DNA of 64,000 nt from the NCBI RefSeq assembly GCF_044704955.1, contig NC_091977.1, forward strand, positions 361,584,001 to 361,648,000, read 5' to 3'. The position numbers and the translations under genes are program-made. How positions within the stretch are numbered: position 1 is the first letter of the stretch; each line of letters begins with the position of its first letter. The notes beneath the pieces were generated by a model, which was not told where the DNA came from, searched no databases, and worked only from the letters and a program-made list of their open reading frames with translations. This stretch comes from Pristiophorus japonicus (Eukaryota). Below are positions 52,982 to 64,000 of this stretch, piece by piece.

Positions 52982-54444
52982 TAGAAACATAGAAACATAG
53001 AAAATAGGTACAGGAGTAGGCCATTCGGCCCTTCGAGCCTGCACCACCATTCAATAAGATCATGGCTGATCATTCCCTCAGTACCCCTTTCCTGCTTTCT
53101 CTCCATACCCCTTGATCCCCTTAGCCATAGGGGCCATATCTAACGCTCTCTTGAATATATCCAATGAATTGGCATCAACAATTCTCTTGGGCAGGGAATT
53201 CCACAGCTTAACAACTCTCTGAGTGAAGAAGTTTCTCCTCATCTCAGTCCTAAATGGCCTACCCCTTATCCTAAGACTGTGTCCCCTGGCTCTGGACCTC
53301 CCCAACATCGGGAACATTCTTCCTGCATCTAACTTGTCCAGTCCCGTCTGAATCTTATACGTTTCTATGAGATCCCCTCTCATCCAGTGAGTTGTTCCAG
53401 TCTCTCCTCATATGACAGTCCAGTCATCCCTGCAATTAGTCTGGTGAACCTTTGCTGCACTCCCTCAATAGCAAGAACGTCCTTTCTCAGATTAGGAAAC
53501 CAAAACTGAACACAATATTCCAGGTGAGGCCTCACCAAGGCCCTGTACAACTGCAGTAAGGCCTCCCTGCTCCTATACTCAAATCCCCCAGCTATGAAGA
53601 CCAACATACCATTTGCCGCCTTCACCGACTGTTGTACCTGCATGCCAACCTTCAATGACTGATGAACCATGACAGCCAGGTCTCGTTGCACCTCCCCTTT
53701 TCCTAATCTGCCGCCATTCAGATAATATTCTGCCTTTGTGTTTTTGCCCCCAAAATGGATAACCTCACATTTATCCACATTATACTGCATCTGCCATGCA
53801 TTTGCCCACTCAGCTAACCTGTCCAAGTCACCCTGCAGCCTCTTAACGTCCCCCTCACAGCTCACACCGCCAGTTTAGTGTCATCTGCAAACTTGGAGAT
53901 ATTACACTCAATTCCTTCATTCAAAACGTTAATGTGTATTGTAAAGAGCTGGGATCCCAGCACTGAGTCCTGTGGCACTCCACTAGTCACTGCCTGCCAT
54001 TCTGAAAAGGACCCGTTTATCCCGACTCTCTGCTTCCTGTCTGCCAACCAGTTCTCTATCCACATCAGTACATTACCCTCAGTACCATGTGCTTTGACTT
54101 TGCACACCAATCTCTTGTGCGGGACCTTGTCAAAAGCCTTTTGAAAGTCCAAATACACCACATCCACTGGTTCTCCCTTGTCTACTCTACTAGTTACATC
54201 CTCAAAAAATTCCAGAAGATTCGTCAAGCTTGACTTTCCTTTCATAAATCCATGTTGACTTGGACCGATCCTGTCACTGCTTTCCAAATGCGCTGCTATT
54301 TCATCCTTAATGACTGATTCCAACATTTTCCCCAGTACTGATGTCAGGCTAACCGATCTATCATTACCCGCTTTCGCTCTCCCTCCTTTTTTAAAAAGTG
54401 GTGTTACATTAGCTACCCTCCAGTCCATAGGAACTGATCCAGAG
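52982..54444 (-). mobile_element. Young CR1, 5'-truncated
   Basis: ORFs 53862-54464 (RT), 53380-53865 and 53078-53383; (aaacatag)n tail on +. Confidence 0.94.
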
Positions 54445-54556
54445 GTGTGGCCCTTATCACCCAATCTGATCTTGGTCTGGCCCTATACTCCTCTTGTACC
54501 TCCTGCTTTTAGCACCTCACGTTATTCCATTCCTCTCACCGCTCCTTTAAAATCTT

Positions 54557-55163
54557 AGCGCTGAAAATTCCATTGCCCCCCATTTGAGGGCAGCAACACT
54601 GGTGAGGAGTGAGTCTTTGCAGCAGGCGCAGAAGTCTCGCCTCTCGCGAGAAATTGGGGTTACTGCCCCTGAAAGGAAGTAGAGCGCTAAATCCAGTGCT
54701 CCACTCCTTTCTGGGGCAGGAGCGGGGCACACAGCTACACATTGGGCCGCTTAGGAGGGTCCCTTCCCTGAATTAAAGGGAAGGGCCCAAGCTGCAAACT
54801 CTGCACAATAAAAAGGCTCCTACCTGGACCACCGGGGAGCAGGAGTGCTATGCCAACAGCCCGGCACTCAAGCAGATTGCCGGGCTGACCGATCGTGGCC
54901 CGGACTCCGCGTCCAAAGCGCACAAATAAATCGGAGATTTTTTTAGGAACAGCCGGCTGCCTCCCCTTTAACTTTCACCCCGTTAGCAGCCAGCCACCCA
55001 GTACATGTCCCCTGAAGCTGTCGCTGTCATTGCTCGGTGCAGCTTCAGGGGGCGATAGCTAATTAAGGGTCCGGGGCACTAACGGGCACTGCGCACGTTG
55101 CTGATGTGATCATCACCGGCGCAACAGAGCAGGATGCTGTTACTGTTACTGTTGCCGCAAAAC
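54557..55163. mobile_element. GC-rich MITE-like insertion (Harbinger-like family), one end eroded
   Basis: Starts agcgctgaaaattcc, is CpG-rich, shares the CCCCTTTAA motif with the other TIR elements, and interrupts the L2 endonuclease region. Confidence 0.55.
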
Positions 55164-56092
55164 TGATTTCAACCTCCATCTCAACTCACCCTGTCCCCTT
55201 TCCTCTGAGTTCAATGACTTCCTGTCCTCCCTTAACGTCTCCTCCACGACCATGCCACCTGACCTGACCCCTCTACTCCCTCTGTCTCAATCATAGATAA
55301 GGCCATTTTTGATCACTTCCAATCCACTTTCTGCTGCAGCTGCCTCTGAAAAAAACACTCCTCCAAGTCACTTTCAATGGCACTTTCAAATTCCCAAGTG
55401 TCAGCCTCGAGCCCTCCATTCGCCATGATACTTGTGCAGCTACAGCTCTCCTCAATCACATCCTCACCTCCATCTCTGAACCGTTACTCTCTCCCACCCT
55501 GATTGTTCCCCCGATATAGCCCCCATCTCCACTCTCTTCAGTCTAAGGGATGCAGACTTGAATGTTTAAGGTGGACAGTTGGTTTAGCCATCTCTCATCA
55601 GATCTGACTGGAACATATTGAGTACTATCAGGTCCTGCTCTCCTCCGCCAACACTGCTCACTACTCCAGGATCATCCTGGAATGCAAAGATAACTCCCGG
55701 CTTCTCTTCTCCACTATCACCATCATCTTAAACCCCTCTCCCCTGTCCCCTCCACCCTTGGATCCACCAACAAATGCGAGGAGCTCAGGACTTCTTTATC
55801 AATAAGATTGCTGCCTCGCATCCCATTAAGCCAAACTTCCCCTAAGGTTCCCCTCTGCCCGAGCCCTGAGCTCACATCTTTCTCCAGTTGCTTTCCTATC
55901 TCCCCTCATCTTGTCCATGAGGTCCACCTCTTGATTTCTTGAACATACTCCTACAAAAATGTTGACCACCCAAATTCCTTTCTTGTCCCCCATATTGTAA
56001 ATGTTTCCTTCTCCTCTGGAACTATCCCTCTCCCTTTCAAATCTGCTGTTCTCAACCCCTCCTAAAAAAAACATCCTAGACCCTTCTGCCTT

Positions 56093-56200
56093 TGCAAATT
56101 ACTACCCACCTCCAATCTCCCTTTCCTGTCCAAATTCCTTGAACATGCAAATTACTACCCACCTCCAATCTCCCTTTCCTGTCCAAATTCCTTGAACATG
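56093..56200. repeat. Perfect 53-bp tandem duplication within L2
   Basis: actacccacctcc starts at both 56101 and 56154. Confidence 0.9.
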
Positions 56201-56324
56201 TTGTCACCTACCAAATCCGTTCCCATCTTTCCCGCAACTCCATGTTTGAACCTCTCCAATCAGGTTTCCACCCCTGCCACAACACTGAAACTGACCTAAT
56301 CAAAGTCTCAAATAACATCCTGTG

Positions 56325-56527
56325 TGTCATGTATGTATGCTTGGGGTTACTAGCCATCAGGGGGCGCCACTGTCAGAGGTCATTGGGCTGTATGCACTGT
56401 GCACAGGCCAAGTATATAAAGCAGCCACCATATAATGTGGGCACTTTGGGTCCAAATAAAGTTGAGCCAGGTTTGCACCTGAATGAGTTTACAGTATTCA
56501 ATCTATCGAGTTATTCGATACATAAGA
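56325..56527 (+). repeat. Gypsy 5' LTR
   Basis: TG start, TATATAAA, AATAAA; direct repeat of 60634-60823. Confidence 0.9.
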
Positions 56528-56529
56528 TT

Positions 56530-56540
56530 TGGCGACGAGG
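56530..56540 (+). other. Primer binding site, complementary to the tRNA-Ser(GCT) 3' end
   Basis: TGGCGACGAGG right after the LTR. Vertebrate tRNA-Ser(GCT) ends ...CCTCGTCGCCA (recalled). Confidence 0.75.
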
Positions 56541-56565
56541 TAACTCAAGAACCTTCGCATGCAAA

Positions 56566-59500
56566 ATGAGCACCATTGGAACTCTGGAGAGATTCATTGA
56601 AGGAGAAGACTGGACGGATTTTATTGATCGCCTGGACCAGTACTTCGTGGCCAACAAAATGGAGGAAGCTACTGATGCAGTTAGGCGCAGGGCGGTTTTC
56701 CTCACTGTTTGCGGTCCAAAAATCTATGGCCTCATATAGAATCTCCTCTCACCTGCACGTCCAATGGACAAGGACTATGAGGAATTGTGTGCTCTGGTAT
56801 GTGACCATCGCAAACCAAAAGAAGGCATCATTATCTCATGCTATCGATTCTACACGCATGTTCGTTCTGAGGGCCAGGATGTGTCAGAATTTGTCACCGA
56901 CCTACGATGTCTTGCTGGGCCATATAAGTTTGAAGACATTTTGGAAGACATGCTGCGAGATTTCTTCATAATATGAATCAACCACGAGGTGATCCTCCAG
57001 AAGTAATTGGCTGCGGAGACGCTGGATTTGAGCAAGGTCATCGCGATTGCCCAGGCATGCATGATGACGGATGATAATGTAAGGCAGATATCATCGAAGA
57101 ATTGGAGCTCCACGACAATACTGTAAACAAGATTGTGTCGTCGTTATGCAGAGCTGCTTATGGCAGGGCCTACTCAACTGCGTGTGTGAAACCTGTAGCT
57201 GCTCAAATCCGCCAACCGGTATGAATCCGATTTTAGCCTGTTGGCATTGTGGGGGTAATCACCGGCATCATCAGTGTTTTAAAAAGTACATCAGTAAAGG
57301 CTGTTCGAAAGTGGTGCATCTTCAGTGAATGTGTCCACAACTGAGCAAGTGTGCTGCGACTCACCACATGGATGATGGCGACCAGTCCAGCGCGGACCTG
57401 GATATGCAACCCGAGATACCCGAGGAGGAAGTATCTGGACTATATTCGTGCCTGACAAAGAGCCAATCGATAAGGGTTAATGTGAAACTAAATGGTGTGC
57501 CGGTATCAATGGAATTGTACAAGGGTGCGAGTCAGTCGATAAAGGACATTCGACAAGCTGCGGGACACTAAGGCTGTGAAGCCTAAGCTGAGTCCAGTCA
57601 ATGCCAAGTTGCGTACTTACACCAAATAACTCATACCGGTGATTGGCAGTGCAGTAGTCAACGTGTCGTATGATGGTGTGGTTCATGATCTACCGTTATG
57701 GATTGTTCCAGGCAATGGTCCAATGCTGTTTGGCAGGAATTGGCTCGAAAAAATCAAATGGAATTGGAACGATATCAAAGCGTTGTCATCGGTGGATGAT
57801 ACTTCGTGTGCTCAAGTGCTGAGCAAGTTTCCCTCGCTGTTTGAACCGGGCATCGATAATTTCATGGGCGCCAAGGTGCAGATTCATCTGGACTCAGGCG
57901 CAAGACCCGTCCATCACAAAGCTTGGGCAGTTCCATACATGATGAGGGAGAAGGTCGAAATTGAGCTGGATGGACTCCATCGTGAAGGGGTCATATCACC
58001 GGTCGAATTTAATGAATGGGCCAGTCCCATTGTTCCTGCGTTGAAGAGTGATGGAACTGTCAGGATTTGTGGAGACTATTAGGTCACGATCAACTGATTT
58101 TCAAAACAGGATCAGTACCCGTTACCGAAGGCTGATGACCTGTTTGCAACGCTAGCCGGTGGGAAGTCGTTCACTAAACTGGATCTGACGTCAGCCTATA
58201 TGGCACAGGAGCTCGTCGACACGTCGAAGAAACTTACGTGCATCAACACTCATAAAGGACTGTTTATCGACAATAGGTGACCTTTTGGAATTCGCTCGGC
58301 TGCAGCCATATTTCAGAGGAACATGGAGAGTGTACTGAAGTCTGTCCCTAGAAACTTTGTGTTTCAAGACAACATTCTGGTCACAGCTCATGACACTGCC
58401 AAACACCTGAGCAACCTTGAAGAGGTTCTACATCGTCTGGACAAAGTCAGACTCAGGCTGAAATGTTCGAAATGCGTCTTCATGGCACCAGAAGTCGAAT
58501 TTCTGGGGAGGAAGATTGCTGCTGATGGCATCAGGCCTACGGACTCGAAAACCAAGACCATCAAAAATGCACCCAGGCCTCAGAATGTGATAGAGCTGCA
58601 TTCATTCCTTGGTCTACTCAACTACTTCAGTGATTTCTTACCTAGATTGAGCACTTTATTAGAGCCACTGCACATGCTGCTCAGAAAAGGTGACAACTGG
58701 GTTTGGGGTGTGTCTCAAGATAGAGCTTTCGAGAAAGCTACAAATCTGCTTTGCTCGAACAAGTTGCTGGTACATTATGATCCGTATAAGCGTCTAGTAT
58801 TGGCATGTGATGCTTCATCATATGGGGTTGGCTGTGTGCTCCAACAAGCTAATGAGTCGGCTAATCAAGAACCTGTTGCCTATGCTTAGAAATGTTTGTC
58901 AAAGGTGGAAAGAACCTACAGCATGATAGAAAAAGAAGCTTTAGCCTGCATGTATGGGGTTAAAAAGCTGTATTAGTACCTGTTTGGTCTTCATTTTGAA
59001 CTCGAAACGGATCACAAGCCACTCATTTCATTGTTTTCAGAAAACAAAGGTATCAATACCAGTGCATTGTCCTGCATCCAGAGGTGGTCACTGACATTAT
59101 CTGCCTATGATTATGTCATTCGCCATAGACCTGGCACCGAGAATTGTGCTGATGTACTGAACTGTCTGCCTTTGCCCACACCGGAGGTGGAGACGCCACA
59201 ACCTGCAGATCTACTGTTAGTTATGGATGCTTTTGAGAGTGAAGGAACCCCTGTCACTGCTCAACAAGTTAGGACCTGGACCAGACAGGACCCAATTTTA
59301 TCGGTTGTAAAATGTTGTGTCCTTAGCGGTGATTGGTCTGCTATACCTATGAAAATGTGTGATGAGACCAAACCTTAACCATCGCAAAGACGAACTATCC
59401 ATTCAGTGAGATTGTTTACTGTGGGGTAATCATGTTGTTGTGCCTAAGAAAGGCAGAGAGAAATGTGTACGTGATCTACACAGCACTCATCCTGGTATTG

Positions 59501-60558
59501 TCATGATGAAAGCCATCGGCAGGTCTCACGTATGGTGGCCTGGAATTGACTCTGATCTGGAATCATGTGTGCATCAGTGCAACACTTGCATGCAGCTAAG
59601 CAAAGTACCAGTGGAATCTCTGCTGAGTCTGTGGTTGTGGCCATCCAAACCATGTTCGAGGATCCACATCAACTTTGCGGGTCCTTTCCTGGGTAAGATG
59701 TTTTTTGTTATGGTGGATGCATATTCCAAGTGGCTAGAGTATATAATCATGTCATCCAGTACATCCACAGCTACCATTGAGAGCCTTCGTGTCATATTTG
59801 CAACTCATGGTCTGCCCAATATCGTTGTGAGCGACAACGAATCTTGCTTCACAAGTCTGGAGTTTCAAGAGTTCATGAACCTCAATGGTATTAAATATGT
59901 GAGGTCAGCACCATTCAAACCTGCTTCTTATGGTCAAGCAGAGCGTGCTGTCCAAACCATCAAGCGGAGTATGAAACGTGTAATTCAAGGTTCACTGCAG
60001 ACTCACTTGTCACGCATATTGCTTAGTTACAGGACAAGACCCCACACGCTTACCGGGGTCTCCCCTGCTGAACTATTGATGAAGAGAGGTCTCAAGACCA
60101 AGCTCTCTCTCGTCCACCCTGACTTGAATGATCATGTTGAAAACAGATGTCAAAATCAGCAGTGATATCATGATCGTGCTACTGTGTCACGCGACATCTC
60201 TGTTAATGATCCTGTGTATGTGCTAAATTATGGTGAAGGTCCCAAGTGGATCGTCGGTACTGTTACGGCCAAGGAGGGTAACAGAGTGTTTACTGTCTTG
60301 CTCAAGAATGGGCAAACATGCAGGAAACATGTTGATCAGATAAAGCTGCGGCACATGGATGAGCAGGAACAAGTTGAGGAAGATACGATCAGTGATCAAC
60401 CAACCCATATTCATTCATCAGAGGACTCCGTCGTCATCAATGAATCTGGACTTTCAATCTCTAACATGGTCATTGCCACTCCCATCAGATCGGCTACCCA
60501 GCCTCCAGTCATAACTGACTCAGAACACTCGCCCAGAACTGGAGTTGAATTGAGATGA
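56566..60558 (+). pseudogene. Disrupted Gypsy gag-pol
   Basis: Gag with CWHCGGNH knuckle remnant; protease ELYKGASQS (DTG lost); RT WASPIVP...RICGDY and FQDN; RNase H LACDASSYGVG; integrase HHCC and IHINFAGP...SDN. Many stops. Confidence 0.92.
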
Positions 60559-60633
60559 TCAATTTGTGAGCGGAAAGCCCTGGACCGTCTTAAGTTGTAA
60601 AAAGACTGATACTAAGATCTTGAAAAGGGATGT

Positions 60634-60823
60634 TGCCATGTATGTATGCTTGGTGTTGCTAGCAACCAGGAGGCACCACTGATGGAGGTCCTTGGGCTGT
60701 ACACACTTTGTGCAGGTCAGGTATATAAAGCAAGCCACCATGTAATGTGGGCACTGAATAAAGTTGAGCCAGGTTTGCACTGAGTGAGTTTACAGTGTTC
60801 AGTCTATCGAGTTATTACATACA
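60634..60823 (+). repeat. Gypsy 3' LTR
   Basis: TG...CA, preceded by the PPT at 60622-60630 and followed by TSD TGTG. Confidence 0.9.
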
Positions 60824-61340
60824 TGTGACTGTGACCATGGTGCACTATCCCTCCTCCAACACCTCTCCTCCATTGTGCAGCTGAATGGACTAGCCTTCCC
60901 TGGCTCCATTCGTATTTACATAGCCAGAGAATCTCTTCCCGCTCTCGCTCTAGCCCCCTCCTATTTCTCATCTACATGCTGCCCCTCGGTAACATCATCC
61001 AAAAACATACATCAGATTCCATATGTATGCTGATGACACCCAGCTCTACCTCACCTTCTTGACCCTTCCACTGCCTCTGATTTGTCATGCTGCTTGTCCA
61101 ACATCCAGTACTGAGCCACTTTCTGAGGCTGAACAAACTATTCTCAAACTTGACGTCACATTGAATTTTGAGCTGAGCTTTTGAACCCCATACCTCTACA
61201 TCGCCAAGACAGCCTACTTCCACCTTCCACAATATCAGCTGTCACTGCCCCTGCCTCAGTCTATTTGCTGCTGAAACCATCATTCATGCCTTTGTTACCT
61301 CCAGACTCGACTATTTCAATGCTCTCCTGGTTGGCCTCCC

Positions 61341-63514
61341 ATTGACTAGAATAGACTGGTGAATGATACATAAAGGGTTGACAGTGGATAGGCAATGGCA
61401 AACATTTAAAGATCACATGAATGAACTTCAACAATTGTACATCCCTGTCTGGAGTAAAAATAAAACGGGGAAGGTGGCTCAACTTTGGCTAACAAGGAAA
61501 ATTAAGGATAGTGTTAAATCCAAGGAAGAGGCATATAAATTGGCCAGAAAAAGCAGCAAACCTGAGGACTGGGAGAAATTTAGAATTCAGCAGAGGAGGA
61601 CAAAGGGTTTAATTAGGAGGGGGAAAATAGAGTACGAGAGGAAGCTTGCAGGGAACATAAAAACTGACTGCAAAAGCTTCCATAGATACGTGAAGAGAAA
61701 AAGATTAGTGAAGACAAACGTAGGTCCCTTGCAGTCAGAATCAGGCGAATTTATAATGGGGAACAAAGAAATGGCAGACCAATTGAACAAATACTTTGGT
61801 TCTGTCTTCACGAAGCAAGACACATATAACCTTCCGGAAATACTAGGGGACCGAGGGTCGAGTGAGAAGGAGGAACTGAAGGAAATCCTTATTAGGTGGG
61901 GAATTATGTTCGGGAAATTGATGGGATTGGAGGCTGATAAATCCCCGGGGCCTGATAGTCTGCATCCCAGAGTAATAAAGGAAGTGGCCCCAGAAATAGT
62001 GGATGCATTGGTGATCATTTTCCAACAGTCTATCGACTCTGGATCAGTTCCTATGGACTGGAGGGTAGCTAATGTAACACCACTTTTAAAAAAAGCAGGG
62101 GTAGAGAAAATGGGTAATTATAGACCAGTTGGCCTGACATCAGTAGTGGGGAAAATGTTGGAATCAATTATTTAAGATGAAATAGCAGCGCATTTGGAAA
62201 GTAGTGACAGGATCGGTCCATTTCAGCATGGATTTATGAAAGGGAAATCATGCTTGACAAATCTTCTAGAATTTTTTGAGGATGTAACTCGTAGAGTGGA
62301 CAAGGGAGAACCAGTGGATGTGGTGTATTTGGACTTTCAAAAGGCATTTGACAAGGTCCCACACAAGAGATTGGTGTGCAAAATTAAAGCAGATGGTATT
62401 GGGAGTAATGTACTGATGTGGATAGAGAACTGGTTGGCAGACAGGAAGCAGAGTAGGGATAAACGGATCCTTTTCAGAATGGCAGGCTGTGACTAGTGGG
62501 GTGCCGCAGGGCTCAGTGCTGGGACCCCAGCTATTTACAATATACATTTAAATGAAGGAATTGAGTGTAATATCTCCAAGTTTGAAGATGACGCTAAGCT
62601 GGGTGGCGGTGTGAGCTGTGAGGAGGATGCTAAGAGGCTGCAGGGTGACTTGGACAGGTTAGGTGAGTGGGCAAATGCATGGCAGAGGCAGTATACTGTG
62701 GATAAATGTGAGGTTATCCACTTTGGTGGCAAAAACATGAAGGCAGAATATTATCTGAATGGCGGCAGATTAGGAAAAGGGGAGGTGCAGCGAGACCTGG
62801 CTGTCATGGTTCATCAGTCATTGAAAGTTGACATGCAGGTAAAGCAGGCAGTGAGGAAGGCAAATGGTATGTTGGCCTTCATAGCTAGGGGTTTTGAGTA
62901 TAGGAGCAGGGAGGTCTTACTGCAGTTGTACAGGGCCTTGGTGAGGCCTCACCTGGAATATTGTATTCAGTTTTGGTCTCCTAATCTGAGGAAGGATATT
63001 CTTGCTATTGAGGGAGTGCAGCGAAGGTTCACCAGACTGATTCCCGGGATGGCAGGACTGACATATGAGCAGAGACTGGATCGACTGGGCCTGTATTCAC
63101 TGGAGTTTAGAAGGATGAGAGAGGATCTCATAGAAACATACAAAATTCTGACAGGACTGGACAGGTTAGATGCAGGATAAATGTTCCCAATGCTGGGGAA
63201 GTCCAGAAGCAGGGGTCACAGTCTAAGAATAAGGGGTAAGCCATTTAGGACTGAGATGAGGAGAAACTTCTTCACTCAGAGAGTTGTTAACCTGTGGAAT
63301 TCTCTACCGCAGAGAGTGTTGATGCCAGTTCATTGGATATATTCAAGAGAGAGTTAGATACGGCCCTTAAGGCTAAAGCGATCAAGGGGTATGGAGAGAA
63401 AGCAGGAAAGGGGTACTGAGGTGAATGATCAGCCATGATCTTATTGAATGGTGGTGCAGGCTCGATGGGCCGCATGGCCTGCTCCTGCACCTATTTTCTA
63501 TGTTTCTATATTTC
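61341..63514 (+). mobile_element. Young CR1, 5'-truncated, inserted in L2
   Basis: ORFs 61363-62175, 62194-62496 and 62611-63180 are CR1 ORF2. tttctatg tail. L2 resumes at ttccacctt. Confidence 0.94.
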
Positions 63515-64000
63515 CACCTTCTATAAACTTGAGCTCATCCAAAACCCTGCTGCCCGTATCCTAACTTCCACCGTCCCATTCATCCATAACCCCTGTGCTC
63601 GCCGACCTAGATTGACTCCTGGTCCAGCAATGCCTCAAATTTCAAATTCTCAACCTTGCGTTCAAATCACTCCGTGACCTCACCCCTCCCTATCTTTGTA
63701 ACCTTCCCCAGCCCTACAAACCTCTGAGAACTCTACATGCCTCCAAGTCTAGCCTTTTATGCCAATGGAGGCCATGCTTTTAGCTGTGTCAACCCTAAGA
63801 TATGGAATTTCTTTCCTAAACTTCTCTGCCACTCCACTTTCTCTGTCCTCCTTGAAGATGCTCCTTAAAACATACCTCAGTGACCCACCTGTCCTAAAAT
63901 CACCTTGTGTGGTTCAGTGTCAAATCTTGTCTGATAATGCTCCTGTGAAGCACCTTGGAATGTTTTACTATGTTAAAAATGCTATATAAATGCAAGATGT

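Larger units (their letters stand above)
56325..60823 (+). mobile_element. Full-length decayed Ty3/Gypsy LTR retrotransposon (gag-PR-RT-RH-IN, no env), TSD TGTG
   Basis: LTRs at 56325-56527 and 60634-60823; TGTG at 56321-56324 and 60824-60827; PBS TGGCGACGAGG; PPT gaaaaggga. Gypsy domain order with integrase after RNase H. Confidence 0.95.
52300..64000 (+). mobile_element. Long decayed L2 LINE in pieces (about 52300-52981, 54445-54556, 55164-56324, 60824-61340, 63515-64000), split by two CR1s, a MITE and a Gypsy element
   Basis: Collinear L2 motifs: ALTETWL (about 52875), DFNLHLN (55165), FEPLQSGF...TETDLIKV (56242), YADDTQLY (about 61025), AETIIHAFVTSRLDY, and an L2 3' tail at the window end. 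Confidence 0.85.

Noticed and set aside
60184-60558. env gene or domesticated ORF after the Gypsy integrase
   Set aside because: It is the in-frame integrase C-terminal tail after a premature stop, with no signal peptide or transmembrane segment.

Overview
This is vertebrate genomic DNA, most likely from a cartilaginous fish (shark-type CR1, L2, Gypsy and Harbinger repeats; inferred from repeat style, not verified). The whole window lies inside a large + strand gene recognisable as CSMD3 (CUB and Sushi multiple domains 3). Only two coding exons are visible: 4954-5066 (113 bp, end of the second CUB domain) and 28127-28204 (78 bp, linker VKKSIDFKSRGVKLFPGKDNSNKFSI). The rest is intron. Positions 1-30 kb mix unique AT-rich DNA with scattered repeats. 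Positions 30.2-64 kb are almost entirely nested transposons: CR1 LINEs of several ages (two near full length), L2 LINEs, a complete but decayed Gypsy LTR element (both LTRs, tRNA-Ser PBS, PPT, TGTG TSD) and GC-rich non-autonomous PIF/Harbinger-like TIR elements, three with 3-bp TSDs. The best leads are: (1) a sense-strand CR1 whose 5' UTR carries four 61-bp TATA-containing monomers plus a splice donor; (2) a tRNA-headed SINE-like module in line with a LINE 5' end; (3) a TIR element carrying an apparently captured AT-rich fragment and NRF1-like sites; (4) a CTCF-like motif in the Gypsy LTRs; (5) a 25-bp hairpin minisatellite with a 287-bp higher-order repeat; (6) four-level TE nesting. There is no CRISPR array or prokaryotic system. 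Most entries in the ORF track are TE fragments or noise. TE boundaries without a stated TSD are approximate.
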